From positions 3,706-67,705 of the forward strand of contig JAZGCO010000011.1 in assembly GCA_036476995.1 (NCBI GenBank): a DNA stretch of 64,000 nt, in the 5' to 3' direction. The position numbers and the translations under genes are program-made. This stretch comes from Gemmatimonadota bacterium. Lineage in GTDB: Bacteria > Gemmatimonadota > Gemmatimonadetes > Palauibacterales > Palauibacteraceae. Shown here piece after piece: positions 46,128 to 55,646 of the stretch. Below the pieces are notes generated by a model. That model worked only from the letters and a program-made list of their open reading frames with translations, made no database searches and had not been told where the DNA came from. Every line of letters starts with the position of its first letter. Position 1 is the stretch's first letter.

Positions 46128-47204
46128 CTAGGCGGCGACGGTGCGGAGAGAATCGATCTGCGTTTCATCGGCCAGCACGATGAGTGTATCACCGGCATGG
46201 AGAGGCTCCTCCGGACCCGGGTTGTAGGCTAGCGGCCCTTCGCCGGCACTCCGGGCCGGATTCACAGCAGCCAACTGGTCGGGGTGGCGGACGGCGATTA
46301 CGACGAGACCCGTTTCCTGCCTAATGCGCGCCTCCGCCAACGTACAGCCGTCCAGTCTCGATCCGTCCGGAATCGTCACCTGTTCCAGCCTCAGCGAGAT
46401 GTCCTCACCCCGGGTCACCACATCCAGGAAGCTCATCACCTGCGGCCTGAGCAGCATGGATGCCATCCGGATTCCCCCGGTCAGGTTCGGACTCACCACG
46501 TGGTCGGCGCCCGCTTTTCGGAGTTTCTTCACCGTTTCGGCGTCGTACGCCCGGGCGACGATATTGAGATCTGGCTGCAGATCCCGCGCGGTCAGACAGA
46601 CGAAGACGTTGTCGGCATCCGCGCTGAGCGCCGCCACCAGGCCTTGTGAGTCCAGGATTCCAGCCTCGGTGAGGGATTCGTCGCGGGTCGCGTCTGCCTC
46701 CAACGCCAGGGCCTCCGGATACTCTTCCCTGAGCTGCTCGATTCTGGATCCATCCTTATCCACCACGATGTACGGCTCCCTGGCATCCTCCAGCTCACGA
46801 ACTACTTGCCGGCCCGTTCGGCCGATCCCGCACACGATGGTGTGGTCTCTCAGTTTGCTGATCTGTTTCATGGCTCGCCGAGTTCTAAAGACATGGGCCA
46901 GGTCCATCTCCACCAGAGAGGAGGTAATCAGCACGAACCACAGACCCATGGTCGTGAGTCCGGCTGCCAGCAGAAATCCGGCCAGAACTCGGCCGGCGTC
47001 GGTCAAGGGGTGCACTTCCTGGTAGCCGACGGACGTCAATGTGATAACTGTCATGTAGACGGCGTCAGACACGTTCCACCCCGGAAACTGCAGGAACCCG
47101 AGAGTTCCAACGACTACGAGGGCCACGACAAGGCCAACGACGCCAGCGAAGCGGCGCGTGAAGTCGCTCCTCGTTTGCCCGACGTCCGGTTTGGAGGGTG
47201 TCAT
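46128..47204 (-). CDS. Two-TM cation channel with tandem RCK (TrkA-N/TrkA-C) domains, atypical selectivity filter
   Basis: A pore helix and filter TLTSVGYQE lie between two TM helices. Then comes a Rossmann TrkA-N (IVCGIGRTGRQVVREL) and a TrkA-C domain. Confidence 0.7.
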   Translation of the reverse strand: MTPSKPDVGQTRSDFTRRFAGVVGLVVALVVVGTLGFLQFPGWNVSDAVYMTVITLTSVGYQEVHPLTDAGRVLAGFLLAAGLTTMGLWFVLITSSLVEMDLAHVFRTRRAMKQISKLRDHTIVCGIGRTGRQVVRELEDAREPYIVVDKDGSRIEQLREEYPEALALEADATRDESLTEAGILDSQGLVAALSADADNVFVCLTARDLQPDLNIVARAYDAETVKKLRKAGADHVVSPNLTGGIRMASMLLRPQVMSFLDVVTRGEDISLRLEQVTIPDGSRLDGCTLAEARIRQETGLVVIAVRHPDQLAAVNPARSAGEGPLAYNPGPEEPLHAGDTLIVLADETQIDSLRTVAA

Positions 47205-47310
47205 GAGGCCAATATACTGGCGTCTTCGCGGCGACGGTAAGAGCGTCCCGTTGCGCTGTTTGCGGCCACGGCGCTAGGCTTGAAAAAACCGGTCGAACAC
47301 GGAGAAGAAA

Positions 47311-47595
47311 GTGAACAAGACCGATCTGGTCGCCGAGCTGGCCCGCACGACAAGCCTTCCGACGGAGCGCGCGAGCGCCGTCGTAGATGCGCTGTTCAGT
47401 CCCGAGCACGGCATCATCGTGCGGTCTTTGAAGCGCCGCAGGAAGGTGCAAATCACGGACTTCGGCACCTTTGAGACGCGCCGCCGCAGTGCCAGAACGG
47501 GCCGGCATCCGCAGACGGGGGCGCCGATTCGGGTGGGTGCGATGACCTCTATCGCTTTTCGGGCCGGAAAGGGTCTTCGGGACGCTGTGCAGTAG
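47311..47595 (+). CDS. hup: HU/IHF-family nucleoid-associated DNA-binding protein
   Basis: 94 aa. MNKTDLVAELA... and the conserved arm ...FGTFETRRRSARTGRHPQTGAPIRVGAMTSIAFRAGKGLRDAV. Confidence 0.85.
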   Translation: MNKTDLVAELARTTSLPTERASAVVDALFSPEHGIIVRSLKRRRKVQITDFGTFETRRRSARTGRHPQTGAPIRVGAMTSIAFRAGKGLRDAVQ

Positions 47596-47610
47596 TCTGG
47601 GCTCAAGCGC

Positions 47611-49170
47611 CTAGACGAACATCTCCCGGTCGGGCCGCACCGCGACCGTCCTTCCCTTTATCACGACCCCGTTCAGGCCCTCCACGACCTGCTCGAGCAC
47701 CTGGGCATCCACGTCCACCAGCGAAAAGCCGCCGCGGATGTCTATCTTCCCGATCTGGCCCCCGACGATCCCGGTCTCACCGGTAATCGCGCCGACCAAA
47801 TCGCCCGGCCGGATGTCATCCCGCCGCCCGGCACCAATGTACACGCGGGCCCAGGACGGCCGTGTGCCGCGTGTCTCATCGCCCGGTTTGCGCGAGGGCA
47901 CCGTTCCCGAGGCGGCCTCTGCGTCAGGCCATGGGCGAACCGGAGCCGATGCAACGTCCACCGTACTCCGCAGAAGGCCGGACAGTGCCGCAGCCACTCG
48001 AGTGGCGCCATACTCGGCCAGCAGTGGCTCGAGGACGAGAACGTCCGCGGCTGAGTTCTCGCTCTCGAGCCGCCGCCGGATGCGATCACGGAACCGGACC
48101 AGGCTGCTGGGCGGCTCCCTCACCTGTCGATCTGGCAGTGGATGCACGGTCCAGCCGGCGCGCTCAGCCATTAGCTCCATGTGTCGCACATGACGAGGCA
48201 AGACAACGGCAAAGCGACTCCCCGCGCTCCCCAGGGCGGCCGTGAGGTCCGCCAGGTTCACCGGCGCCTCGAAGGCCACCACTGTGGTCGCCTCGTCGTC
48301 TGCCCCGCCGCCTGTCTCGCCGTTCGCCTCGGGCGCCAGAGCCACTTCGATACCAGTGCCCACATGATCGGCCAGGCCGGCGGACGCCAGGCGCTCCAGA
48401 ACCTGCTGCACCCTGTCAGCACTCGCGCACACAACCTTGAGCCGGCCCCCATCCGCGGCGGTGCCGTGGGCCAGATTCTCCAGGTGATCGAGGCGGCCGA
48501 CCAGTGACTCTGCCGATCCTACGTACAGTGGATCTCCGGAGTCGGCTGCGGCGGGTTCGGCGAACGCTTCCTCGGGCCAGCGCTTGGCTCTCGGAACCTG
48601 GCGCTCAAGAAGCCGCTCGAAGTCCTCGCTCCACCGGTCGCCTACGATGATCTTCATCGTCACGGATTCGACCGTGTCGAGGATGGCTTCAACGGCCGGC
48701 CACTCGTCCAATTCCTCTAGCGTCTGAACACCGTCCACAACCACGAGCCGCACACTGCCCAGGCTAAGCCGGCCAGCCCGAACCGCAGGCAGCAGAACCG
48801 ACGCCTGGCCCGTCAGGCAGGCCGCGTCTACGTCCAGGAGGCCGTCCGGGGCCCCTGCGTTTGCTGCCAGCACCGGCGACGCATCACGGGCAACGATCCT
48901 GATGGCGGCCGCGATCCGCAGTGCCACTTCTCGGGTCGGCGCCAGAACAAGTGACCGCACTCCCGCCGCGTCCGTCTTGTCCAGGTGCGCTACGGCGGCT
49001 CCGTACACGCACTCTTTGCCAGAGCCCGCGGAGGCGATCAGCGCCAGGTGGCGTCCCCGTTCGATCGCCGTCGATGTGGCCAGCAGGATCTCGGGAACAG
49101 TCGAGTACCCGAGTGTAGCGAGGTGCTCAGCGCATCGGCTCTCTGAGCTGGATTCTGTGTTACGGCTCAT
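47611..49170 (-). CDS. DEAD-box helicase-like protein with degenerate catalytic motifs and a C-terminal DbpA-type RNA-binding domain
   Basis: Motif I reads ASAGSGKE (canonical AxTGSGKT), Ia APTREVA, and motif II VVDG in place of DEAD. Motif VI is degenerate. The C-terminal ...RVYIGAGRRDDIRPGDLVGAITGETGIVGGQIGKIDIRGGFSLVDVD... matches the DbpA RNA-binding fold. Confidence 0.6.
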   Translation of the reverse strand: MSRNTESSSESRCAEHLATLGYSTVPEILLATSTAIERGRHLALIASAGSGKECVYGAAVAHLDKTDAAGVRSLVLAPTREVALRIAAAIRIVARDASPVLAANAGAPDGLLDVDAACLTGQASVLLPAVRAGRLSLGSVRLVVVDGVQTLEELDEWPAVEAILDTVESVTMKIIVGDRWSEDFERLLERQVPRAKRWPEEAFAEPAAADSGDPLYVGSAESLVGRLDHLENLAHGTAADGGRLKVVCASADRVQQVLERLASAGLADHVGTGIEVALAPEANGETGGGADDEATTVVAFEAPVNLADLTAALGSAGSRFAVVLPRHVRHMELMAERAGWTVHPLPDRQVREPPSSLVRFRDRIRRRLESENSAADVLVLEPLLAEYGATRVAAALSGLLRSTVDVASAPVRPWPDAEAASGTVPSRKPGDETRGTRPSWARVYIGAGRRDDIRPGDLVGAITGETGIVGGQIGKIDIRGGFSLVDVDAQVLEQVVEGLNGVVIKGRTVAVRPDREMFV

Positions 49171-49304
49171 CTACGGTGTCCACTCATAGTTGACGGTGAT
49201 AGCGGTGTTCGCCTACCCTGTGGCGCGCATCGCCTTTCCCTCCAGGCCGTAGTCGGCTCAAACGCCGCCCGGCCTCAACGCAACCCACAGGTCGCGGAGT
49301 CAAG

Positions 49305-50651
49305 ATGGAGATTGTCGCCACGATGCAGGGCTGGGTATGGGGTCCGGCACTCATCATCCTGCTCGTCGGTACTGGTCTATATCTAACCCTCCTCCTTCGC
49401 GGCTTGCAATTCCGCCGCCTGGGTCATGCCCTGAGCCTCGCATTCATCAAACGGCGCGAAGAGGGCGCTGAGGGAGACATATCACACTTCCAGGCACTCA
49501 TGACAGCGCTCGCCGCGACAGTGGGCACGGGCAACATCGTCGGTGTGGCCACAGCGATTGCGGCTGGCGGACCGGGCGCCTTGTTCTGGATGTGGATCAC
49601 AGGTCTGGTCGGGATGGCGACCAAGTATTCGGAGGCTGTCCTGGGTGTTCGTTTCCGTGAAACAGACGCGCGGGGCGAGCAGTCGGGCGGACCGATGTAC
49701 TATCTCGAAAACGGCATCAGGTACGGACGTCTCGGAAAGGTCCTGGCGACCTCGTTCGCCTTGTTTGCTGCCCTGGCCGCGTTCGGGATAGGGAACGGCG
49801 TGCAGTCTCACTCGGTAGCCCAGGCGGTTCACGGAGTGTTCGGAGTCCCCACCTGGCTTGTCGGTCTGGGCACAGCCGTGCTCGCGGGGGCCGTCATTCT
49901 GGGCGGCATCAAGTCGATCGGCCGGTTTACAGGGGTTTTCGTGCCGATAATGATCGCGATCTACATGCTGGGTTCCGGTGTGGTGATTGCTCTCAACTGG
50001 GAGGGCGTGCCCGAAGCTTTCCGGCTCGTTTTCTCTCACGCGTTCAGCGGTTCAGCGGCGGCGGGCGGCTTCCTCGGTGCTACGGTGGCGCAGGCTATTC
50101 GGATAGGTGTCGCTCGCGGTGTGTTCTCGAACGAGTCGGGACTCGGTACGGGCGGCATCGCAGCCGCGGCCGCGCAGACACGCGAGCCTGTGCGCCAGGC
50201 TCTGGTATCGATGACTCAGACCTTCATCGACACGATCGTCGTATGCACGTTTACCGGAATCGCGATCATCAGCACCGGAGCCTGGAAGACCGGCCTGAAC
50301 GGGGTGGCTCTCACGCAGGAGGCCTTCAGCACCGGGCTACCCGGCGAATGGGGCGGCATCGTCGTGGCTGTGTGCCTGTCGTTCTTCGCCTTCAGTACGA
50401 TCCTTGGATGGTCTTACTACGGCGAGCGTAATCTCGAGTACCTGATCGGCGTGAAGGCCATCAAGCCGTACCGGCTCCTGTTCATCAGCGTGATCATGAT
50501 CGCGGCGGTCTCGGAACTGCAGGTTGTGTGGGACATCTCGGATATCATGAATGGGCTCATGGCGTTCCCGAACCTGATTGGACTGCTGCTGTTGTCAGGC
50601 GTCGTTGTCCGGGAAACCCGAGACTACCTGCTGAAGAACGGAGTAGAGTAG
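49305..50651 (+). CDS. Alanine/glycine:cation symporter (AGCS family)
   Basis: 448 aa with about 11 TM helices. Conserved AGCS motifs include ...[36 protein letters not shown]... Confidence 0.85.
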   Translation: MEIVATMQGWVWGPALIILLVGTGLYLTLLLRGLQFRRLGHALSLAFIKRREEGAEGDISHFQALMTALAATVGTGNIVGVATAIAAGGPGALFWMWITGLVGMATKYSEAVLGVRFRETDARGEQSGGPMYYLENGIRYGRLGKVLATSFALFAALAAFGIGNGVQSHSVAQAVHGVFGVPTWLVGLGTAVLAGAVILGGIKSIGRFTGVFVPIMIAIYMLGSGVVIALNWEGVPEAFRLVFSHAFSGSAAAGGFLGATVAQAIRIGVARGVFSNESGLGTGGIAAAAAQTREPVRQALVSMTQTFIDTIVVCTFTGIAIISTGAWKTGLNGVALTQEAFSTGLPGEWGGIVVAVCLSFFAFSTILGWSYYGERNLEYLIGVKAIKPYRLLFISVIMIAAVSELQVVWDISDIMNGLMAFPNLIGLLLLSGVVVRETRDYLLKNGVE

Positions 50652-50656
50652 AACGG

Positions 50657-50674
50657 GAGGGCCGGTCAGCCCTC
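50657..50674. terminator. Short GC hairpin between convergent genes (possible bidirectional terminator)
   Basis: gagggc (50657..50662) pairs with gccctc (50669..50674) around a 6-nt loop that contains the stop codon of the 92-aa ORF. It lies 6 nt after the symporter stop. No T-tract. Confidence 0.2.
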
Positions 50675-50944
50675 GAAGCGGCGGTAATGGCCCAAGTCGT
50701 ACGCGCGGATGGAGAAAATCTCTTTGTCTTGTACTCCGAGTTCGCGTAGGCTTACGGACTCGTCCCGAACGCGCCGCTCCGCGTACTCCACGAAGAAATC
50801 CGCGGGATCGTCAGTCTCGCGCAGAAGAAGAGCCTTGATGCCATGCGCCTTGGTATCCTGGACGGATCCGTCCAGCGGCATTTCCTCCACCTGCTCAAGC
50901 CATCGGTCGGGCATGACCAGTCTCAGCACGACGGATTCGCTCAT
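50666..50944 (-). CDS. Hypothetical protein (92 aa)
   Basis: ORF overlapping the upstream 85-aa ORF by 4 nt (ATGA-type). Acidic, no recognised domain. Confidence 0.3.
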   Translation of the reverse strand: MSESVVLRLVMPDRWLEQVEEMPLDGSVQDTKAHGIKALLLRETDDPADFFVEYAERRVRDESVSLRELGVQDKEIFSIRAYDLGHYRRFEG

Positions 50945-51198
50945 ACGTGCCCCAGGGTGTACAGAAAGCGCTTCGTCAGATCAGTGACGTCGAGGCCTGC
51001 AACTCGGTCCGTTTCAGCGTGCACATGCGTATGGCTGTACTCGCGTTCGGCATGAATGTGCGCATTGCCGTCGCCCACGAAGTGAACAGCCGTATCGGAC
51101 TCGCTGGCCACCACCATGCGGCTATTCGCGGCGAAGAACTCCTTGGCCTGACGAAGAACGTCTGCCGGGGCCGTATCGCAGATCACGATGTATTTCAT
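50941..51198 (-). CDS. Hypothetical His-rich protein (85 aa)
   Basis: ORF following the cupin gene on the same strand. MKYIVICDT... N-terminus and a His-rich segment (HIHAEREYSHTHVHAE). Confidence 0.3.
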   Translation of the reverse strand: MKYIVICDTAPADVLRQAKEFFAANSRMVVASESDTAVHFVGDGNAHIHAEREYSHTHVHAETDRVAGLDVTDLTKRFLYTLGHV

Positions 51199-51268
51199 AG
51201 CGGGCCAAACTCGGGCGCGCGGCGGGGGCCGTCAACCGCGCGTACCGGCCTACCGCGGGAGCGTCCCT

Positions 51269-51637
51269 TCAGTCACCCGTAGGGACCACTCCGGCACCTT
51301 CGAACATGAGAATCACGGTACCGCCCGGAGCCCGGGTACGGTGCACGGTGCCCCTGGGAACGGTGAACCCCTGCTTCGGGCCCAGGGTGACCGTCTCCTC
51401 GCCCACGTCGATGAGCAGCTCTCCATCCACGACGTAGAAGAACTCGTCTTCCTCCTCGTGCTGGTGCCAGTGAAACTCGCCCTTGAGGATTCCGAGCCGC
51501 ACCACGCAGTCGTTCACTCGTGTCAGTGTTTGGTTGAACCAGTCGACATCACAGTCCGCGACCAGCTTCTGTATGTCGATGAGCTCCAGGGGCTCGAAAC
51601 CGACCTCCGTGTGAATGTGGTACTCGGTGTCGGGCAT
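51269..51637 (-). CDS. Cupin domain protein
   Basis: 122 aa with cupin motifs G(x)5HxH(x)3,4E(x)6G-like (FHWHQHEEEDEFFYVVDGEL) and the second motif (GTVHRTRAPGGTVILMF). Confidence 0.7.
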   Translation of the reverse strand: MPDTEYHIHTEVGFEPLELIDIQKLVADCDVDWFNQTLTRVNDCVVRLGILKGEFHWHQHEEEDEFFYVVDGELLIDVGEETVTLGPKQGFTVPRGTVHRTRAPGGTVILMFEGAGVVPTGD

Positions 51638-51822
51638 TCGTTTCTGCCTTTGTTGTTAACGCCGGATTCATGCGACTTGCCGCGTCTGGCGTGCCTCAGC
51701 ACGCGAGCGGCGGCGTCCATGAATAAAGTACGGAGTCTCGGGGTGAGCGGAACTCCGCCGGCCCGGGCGCGTTCAGGAAAACGGAGGTATCAAAGCTGAA
51801 CACTCGAAACAGGACCTGCATA

Positions 51823-52275
51823 ATGAGGCGCACGCTGCTACTGCTGCACATACCCGCGGCCATTCTAGTAAGCGCGAGCCTGGGCTACGCGCAGGATACA
51901 GTCTCCCTTAGAGCAGGTGAATTCAGTCGTGTGGACCGATCTCACTGGGCATCCGGAACCGCTACCGTGATTCAGATGGCTGAGACCGAGAGCCTGTCAG
52001 TAGTTTTCGAGTCAGCCTTCAAGGTCGCGGCTGGCCCAGACCTACGAGTCGTTCTGTCGCAGAATCCCGATCCGAAACGTGGGAGAGACCTCGGCAAGTA
52101 CACGGAACTCGGGCTGTTGACCACGACCGAAGGCTCCCAGACCTACGAGATTCCGGCTGGTGTCTCAGCGGAGTCTATCGGAAGTGTCGTAATCTACTGT
52201 AAGAAATACGACGTCATTTTCTCGACGGCGACGCTGGCCCTGATCGAGTCGCCCGAGGAACCTGAAGGCCGCTGA
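51823..52275 (+). CDS. Secreted DM13 domain protein
   Basis: Signal peptide (MRRTLLLLHIPAAILVSASLGYAQD) followed by about 120 aa with a DM13-like beta-sandwich pattern (...HWASGTATVIQ...LSVVFESAFKVAAGPDLRVVLS...). Confidence 0.45.
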   Translation: MRRTLLLLHIPAAILVSASLGYAQDTVSLRAGEFSRVDRSHWASGTATVIQMAETESLSVVFESAFKVAAGPDLRVVLSQNPDPKRGRDLGKYTELGLLTTTEGSQTYEIPAGVSAESIGSVVIYCKKYDVIFSTATLALIESPEEPEGR

Positions 52276-52283
52276 CCACTCCG

Positions 52284-52712
52284 TCACCCGCTTACGTACC
52301 GTTCGAGCTGCTCGATCCGGAAGCGTTGATCCGAGATGATGGCCTTGACCAGATCGCCGATCGAAACTACGCCAAGCAGCTTCTTGTCTTCTAGAACGGG
52401 CAGGTGCCGAATGCGCTTGTCCGTCATCAGCGCCATACACTCCTCGATCGTGTTTTCGGGCCCCACAAACACGACATCAGGCGTCATGATCTCCCGGACG
52501 GCCGTGTCCTTCGACGAGCGGCCCTGGAGGATTACTTTGCGGGCGTAGTCCCGCTCGGACAGGATACCTACGGTCTTGGAGTCCTGCATTACGAGCAGCG
52601 CACCGACGCCCTTCTCCGCCATCATGGCGATGGCATCAAACACCGAGTCGCCGGGTTCTACGGCCCAGATATCGTTCCCTTTGACCGTGAGCAGTTGCTT
52701 GATCGTCTTCAT
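52284..52712 (-). CDS. CBS-pair domain protein
   Basis: 142 aa with two CBS motifs (GVGALLVMQDSKTVGILSERD and HLPVLEDKKLLGVVSIGDL). Confidence 0.8.
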   Translation of the reverse strand: MKTIKQLLTVKGNDIWAVEPGDSVFDAIAMMAEKGVGALLVMQDSKTVGILSERDYARKVILQGRSSKDTAVREIMTPDVVFVGPENTIEECMALMTDKRIRHLPVLEDKKLLGVVSIGDLVKAIISDQRFRIEQLERYVSG

Positions 52713-52899
52713 CGGTGGCCTCCTCTCTGTTTCGCCCGCTGGCCGTAACAGCGTAGTCTGGGGAAGGCGAAACGGTCAAGTTCATGGCTTGCCGCCGCGC
52801 GGCTGGGACGTGATACTCTGTCGATTCTTGGCGTTGGCCGGCCGATCGCAGACGGTGGGAAAAGCCGACGGTAGAGAGCGGTGATTACCGAACGATGCA

Positions 52900-54057
52900 A
52901 TGAGCGTTTCCTTACAATCAGGCAGTTCACCACGAGTAGCTGACGAGGGTTTCGGCCGTTTCTTTCTTCCCGGCCCGACCGAGGTTAGGCCCGAAGTTCT
53001 GCAGGCCATGCAACGTCCCATGATCGGGCATCGCGGGCCGGCCATGAAAGAACTTCTGGCCGCAGTGGACTCCGGCCTGCGCACCCTGTTCGGAACCGAA
53101 CGGCCGGTCTTCATCTCTACATCGTCGGCTACCGGATTCATGGAAACCGCGATCGTAAACCTGTGCGCGCACAGGACCCTGTGCGTGATCGGTGGTGCGT
53201 TTGCCGAAAGATTCCACAGAATAGCCGTGCGCTGCGGGCGCGCTGCCGACGTGCTCGAAGTGGAGTGGGGCGAGCCCAACACAGCCGACAGTGTCCGGCA
53301 GGCCCTCATGGCGTCGCCGGGACTGTACGATCTTGTCACCGTCGTTCACTCCGAGACATCTACCGGAGTATTGAACCCGGTCCAAGACATCGCCTCGGTC
53401 GTTCACGAGTTCGAGGATGTGCTCGTGGCTGTGGACAGTGTCAGCTCGCTGGCTGGCGCTGAGCTACACTTCGACGACTGGAATCTCGACTTTCTCCTGA
53501 CCGGTTCCCAGAAGGCTCTAGCTCTTCCTCCCGGGCTTGCCTTTGCGGCAGCCTCGGAACGCGCGCTCGACCGGGCCCGCGGCCTCCCGCAACGGAGTTA
53601 CTACTTCGACCTCGTGGACTTCGATCGCCGAGCCCGTGAGCATCAGACCGCCAATACACCGGCTATCTCGCTCCTCTATGCGCTCGAAGTGCAGCTCGAC
53701 CGAATTGCTGAGGAAGGCCTGACCCAACGTTGGGCGCGTCACGCAGACATGGCCGCCCAAACGTACGCGTGGATCGATAAGATGCGGGAAATGACCGGCG
53801 CGGAGTTCCGCATCCTGGCCCGAGACGGATACCGGTCGCCAACCGTGTCAGCCGTTGTCCTTCCTGACTCAATGATCGGACCGCAGGTGGTCTCGGCTCT
53901 CGGTGAACGCGGTTTCACCATCGCCCCCGGCTACGGGTATATGAAGAATGACGTAATCCGGATCGGGCACATGGGTGATCACACGGCTGGCGAGCTGGAC
54001 CTGCTGCTGGAGGCGCTCACGGAGGTCGTGAGCCACGCTCTGGCGGCACCGGCATGA
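52900..54057 (+). CDS. Class V aminotransferase (serine-pyruvate/phosphoserine aminotransferase-like, AGXT/SerC-related)
   Basis: 385 aa. Starts with a ...FFLPGPTEVRPEVLQAM... N-terminus and has PLP-Lys in the ...LLTGSQKALALPPGLAF... region. It overlaps the serA start. Confidence 0.75.
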   Translation: MSVSLQSGSSPRVADEGFGRFFLPGPTEVRPEVLQAMQRPMIGHRGPAMKELLAAVDSGLRTLFGTERPVFISTSSATGFMETAIVNLCAHRTLCVIGGAFAERFHRIAVRCGRAADVLEVEWGEPNTADSVRQALMASPGLYDLVTVVHSETSTGVLNPVQDIASVVHEFEDVLVAVDSVSSLAGAELHFDDWNLDFLLTGSQKALALPPGLAFAAASERALDRARGLPQRSYYFDLVDFDRRAREHQTANTPAISLLYALEVQLDRIAEEGLTQRWARHADMAAQTYAWIDKMREMTGAEFRILARDGYRSPTVSAVVLPDSMIGPQVVSALGERGFTIAPGYGYMKNDVIRIGHMGDHTAGELDLLLEALTEVVSHALAAPA

Positions 54058-55646
54058 CCAAGCTGCTAGTGCTGGCCGATGCGCTCTCGCCGGAGGGGGT
54101 GGCGATCCTGGATGACTGCGCCGAGCTGAGCGTGGCCGATCTGTCGACTGAACCGCGGGAGACTCTGAAGAAACGTCTGGGCAGCGCCGCCGGCCTCATC
54201 GTGCGCAGTTCGACTCAAGCCGATGCCGATCTCCTTGCGAGTGCAGAAGAGCTGGAGGTCATAGGGCGGGCGGGCGTAGGCCTCGACAACATCGATGTGG
54301 AAGAGGCGACACGCCGCGGCATTGCGGTTCTGAACGCGCCGGCGGGCAACACTGCCTCGACGGCGGAACTGGCCTTCGCGCTGCTCCTCTCGGCCGCGCG
54401 AAAGATCGTGGCGGCGGATCGTTCGGTTCGCAGCGGCGAATGGGACCGAAAGATGTTTCGTGGGCCGCAGCTCGCCGGCAAGACGCTCGGAGTGATAGGC
54501 GCGGGCCGCATCGGCAGTGAGGTCATTCGGCGCGCCCGCGCATTCGAGATGAAGGTCCTGATCTTCGACCCCTTTCTTCCCGCCGGGCGCGCGGCCGATC
54601 TGGATTCCGAGTCCGTGGCCCTCGAGCTGCTCCTGCAGAAGTCAGACTTCGTTACCCTTCATGCCCCGCTCACAGAGGAGAACCATGGCCTGATCGGCAC
54701 CGAGGCGCTCGCCCTCATGAAGCCGGGGGCTATCCTGGTTAACGCGGCTCGCGGTGGCCTGGTTGATGAAGAGGCGCTTGCCGAGGCGCTCCACGCCGGG
54801 CGACTGGGCGGTGCGGCGCTGGACGTGTATGAGACTGAACCACTGCCGGCCGACCATCCGCTCAGGAACGCCCCGGGCCTCGTACTGACTCCGCACCTCG
54901 GCTCCGCGACGCCCGAGGCGCAGCGGGAGGTCGCGATCGAGATCGCCATTGCGGTGCGCGACGCGCTGCTCAGTGGAGATCTCCGGTCAGCCGTGAACAT
55001 GCCCGCGATCGCGGATCGGGTCCGTTACGATCCCATCGTGGATCTGGCCCGCCGCCTCGGTCTCGTCCTTTCGGAGCTTACAGGCGGCCGGGCAAAGAGA
55101 GTCGATGTCCGGCTCGCCGGTCCTTTTGGACACGGTCTCCGGCTGGTCGCTTCGGCGGCGATGGAGGGATACCTCAGCCCCGTGCTGGCACGGCCCCTCA
55201 ACTTGGTGAACTCTCTGCTTATCGCCAGCGACCGAGGAATCGAGGTGCGCCGCTCCCGATCTTCCTCCGTGGCCGGGTACTCGACGTTTCTCGAGCTGAG
55301 TGCGGAGGGCGGAGACAACGGCGAGGACTGGTCCATCGGCGGGGCGCTCATGGGCGAGCAACATCCGAGGCTGGTTCGAGTGGGATCCTATCACATCGGT
55401 GTGGTTCCAGCCGGCCACCTGATGTTCGTAAGGAACCGGGATGTTCCCGGTGTTATCGGCGACATCGGAACTCACCTCGGAGCGGCGGGCCTGAACATCG
55501 CAGGATTCCACCAGGCGCGAGACTCCGAACGCGGCGATGCTCTCGCGGTGATTCGCGTAGACGAAGCCATCCCCGCTGAGCTACTGAGTGCGTTACGGGA
55601 GCATGAGGCCATCACGGATGTTCGGCAAGTGAGCTTCGACGACTAG
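54054..55646 (+). CDS. serA: D-3-phosphoglycerate dehydrogenase with C-terminal ACT domain
   Basis: 530 aa with an NAD-binding motif (GVIGAGRIGSEV), the catalytic region (...NAARGGLVDEEAL...HLGSATPEAQ) and a C-terminal ACT domain (...VRNRDVPGVIGDIGTHLG...). Confidence 0.9.
   Translation: MTKLLVLADALSPEGVAILDDCAELSVADLSTEPRETLKKRLGSAAGLIVRSSTQADADLLASAEELEVIGRAGVGLDNIDVEEATRRGIAVLNAPAGNTASTAELAFALLLSAARKIVAADRSVRSGEWDRKMFRGPQLAGKTLGVIGAGRIGSEVIRRARAFEMKVLIFDPFLPAGRAADLDSESVALELLLQKSDFVTLHAPLTEENHGLIGTEALALMKPGAILVNAARGGLVDEEALAEALHAGRLGGAALDVYETEPLPADHPLRNAPGLVLTPHLGSATPEAQREVAIEIAIAVRDALLSGDLRSAVNMPAIADRVRYDPIVDLARRLGLVLSELTGGRAKRVDVRLAGPFGHGLRLVASAAMEGYLSPVLARPLNLVNSLLIASDRGIEVRRSRSSSVAGYSTFLELSAEGGDNGEDWSIGGALMGEQHPRLVRVGSYHIGVVPAGHLMFVRNRDVPGVIGDIGTHLGAAGLNIAGFHQARDSERGDALAVIRVDEAIPAELLSALREHEAITDVRQVSFDD

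Noticed and set aside
49171-49304. Possible glycine riboswitch upstream of the alanine/glycine:cation symporter
   Set aside because: Glycine riboswitches often precede AGCS genes. The leader lacks the conserved GGAGAG...ACCGAAGGGGCAA...CUCUGGAGAG cores. It holds only a TTGACG...TACCCT promoter-like pair.
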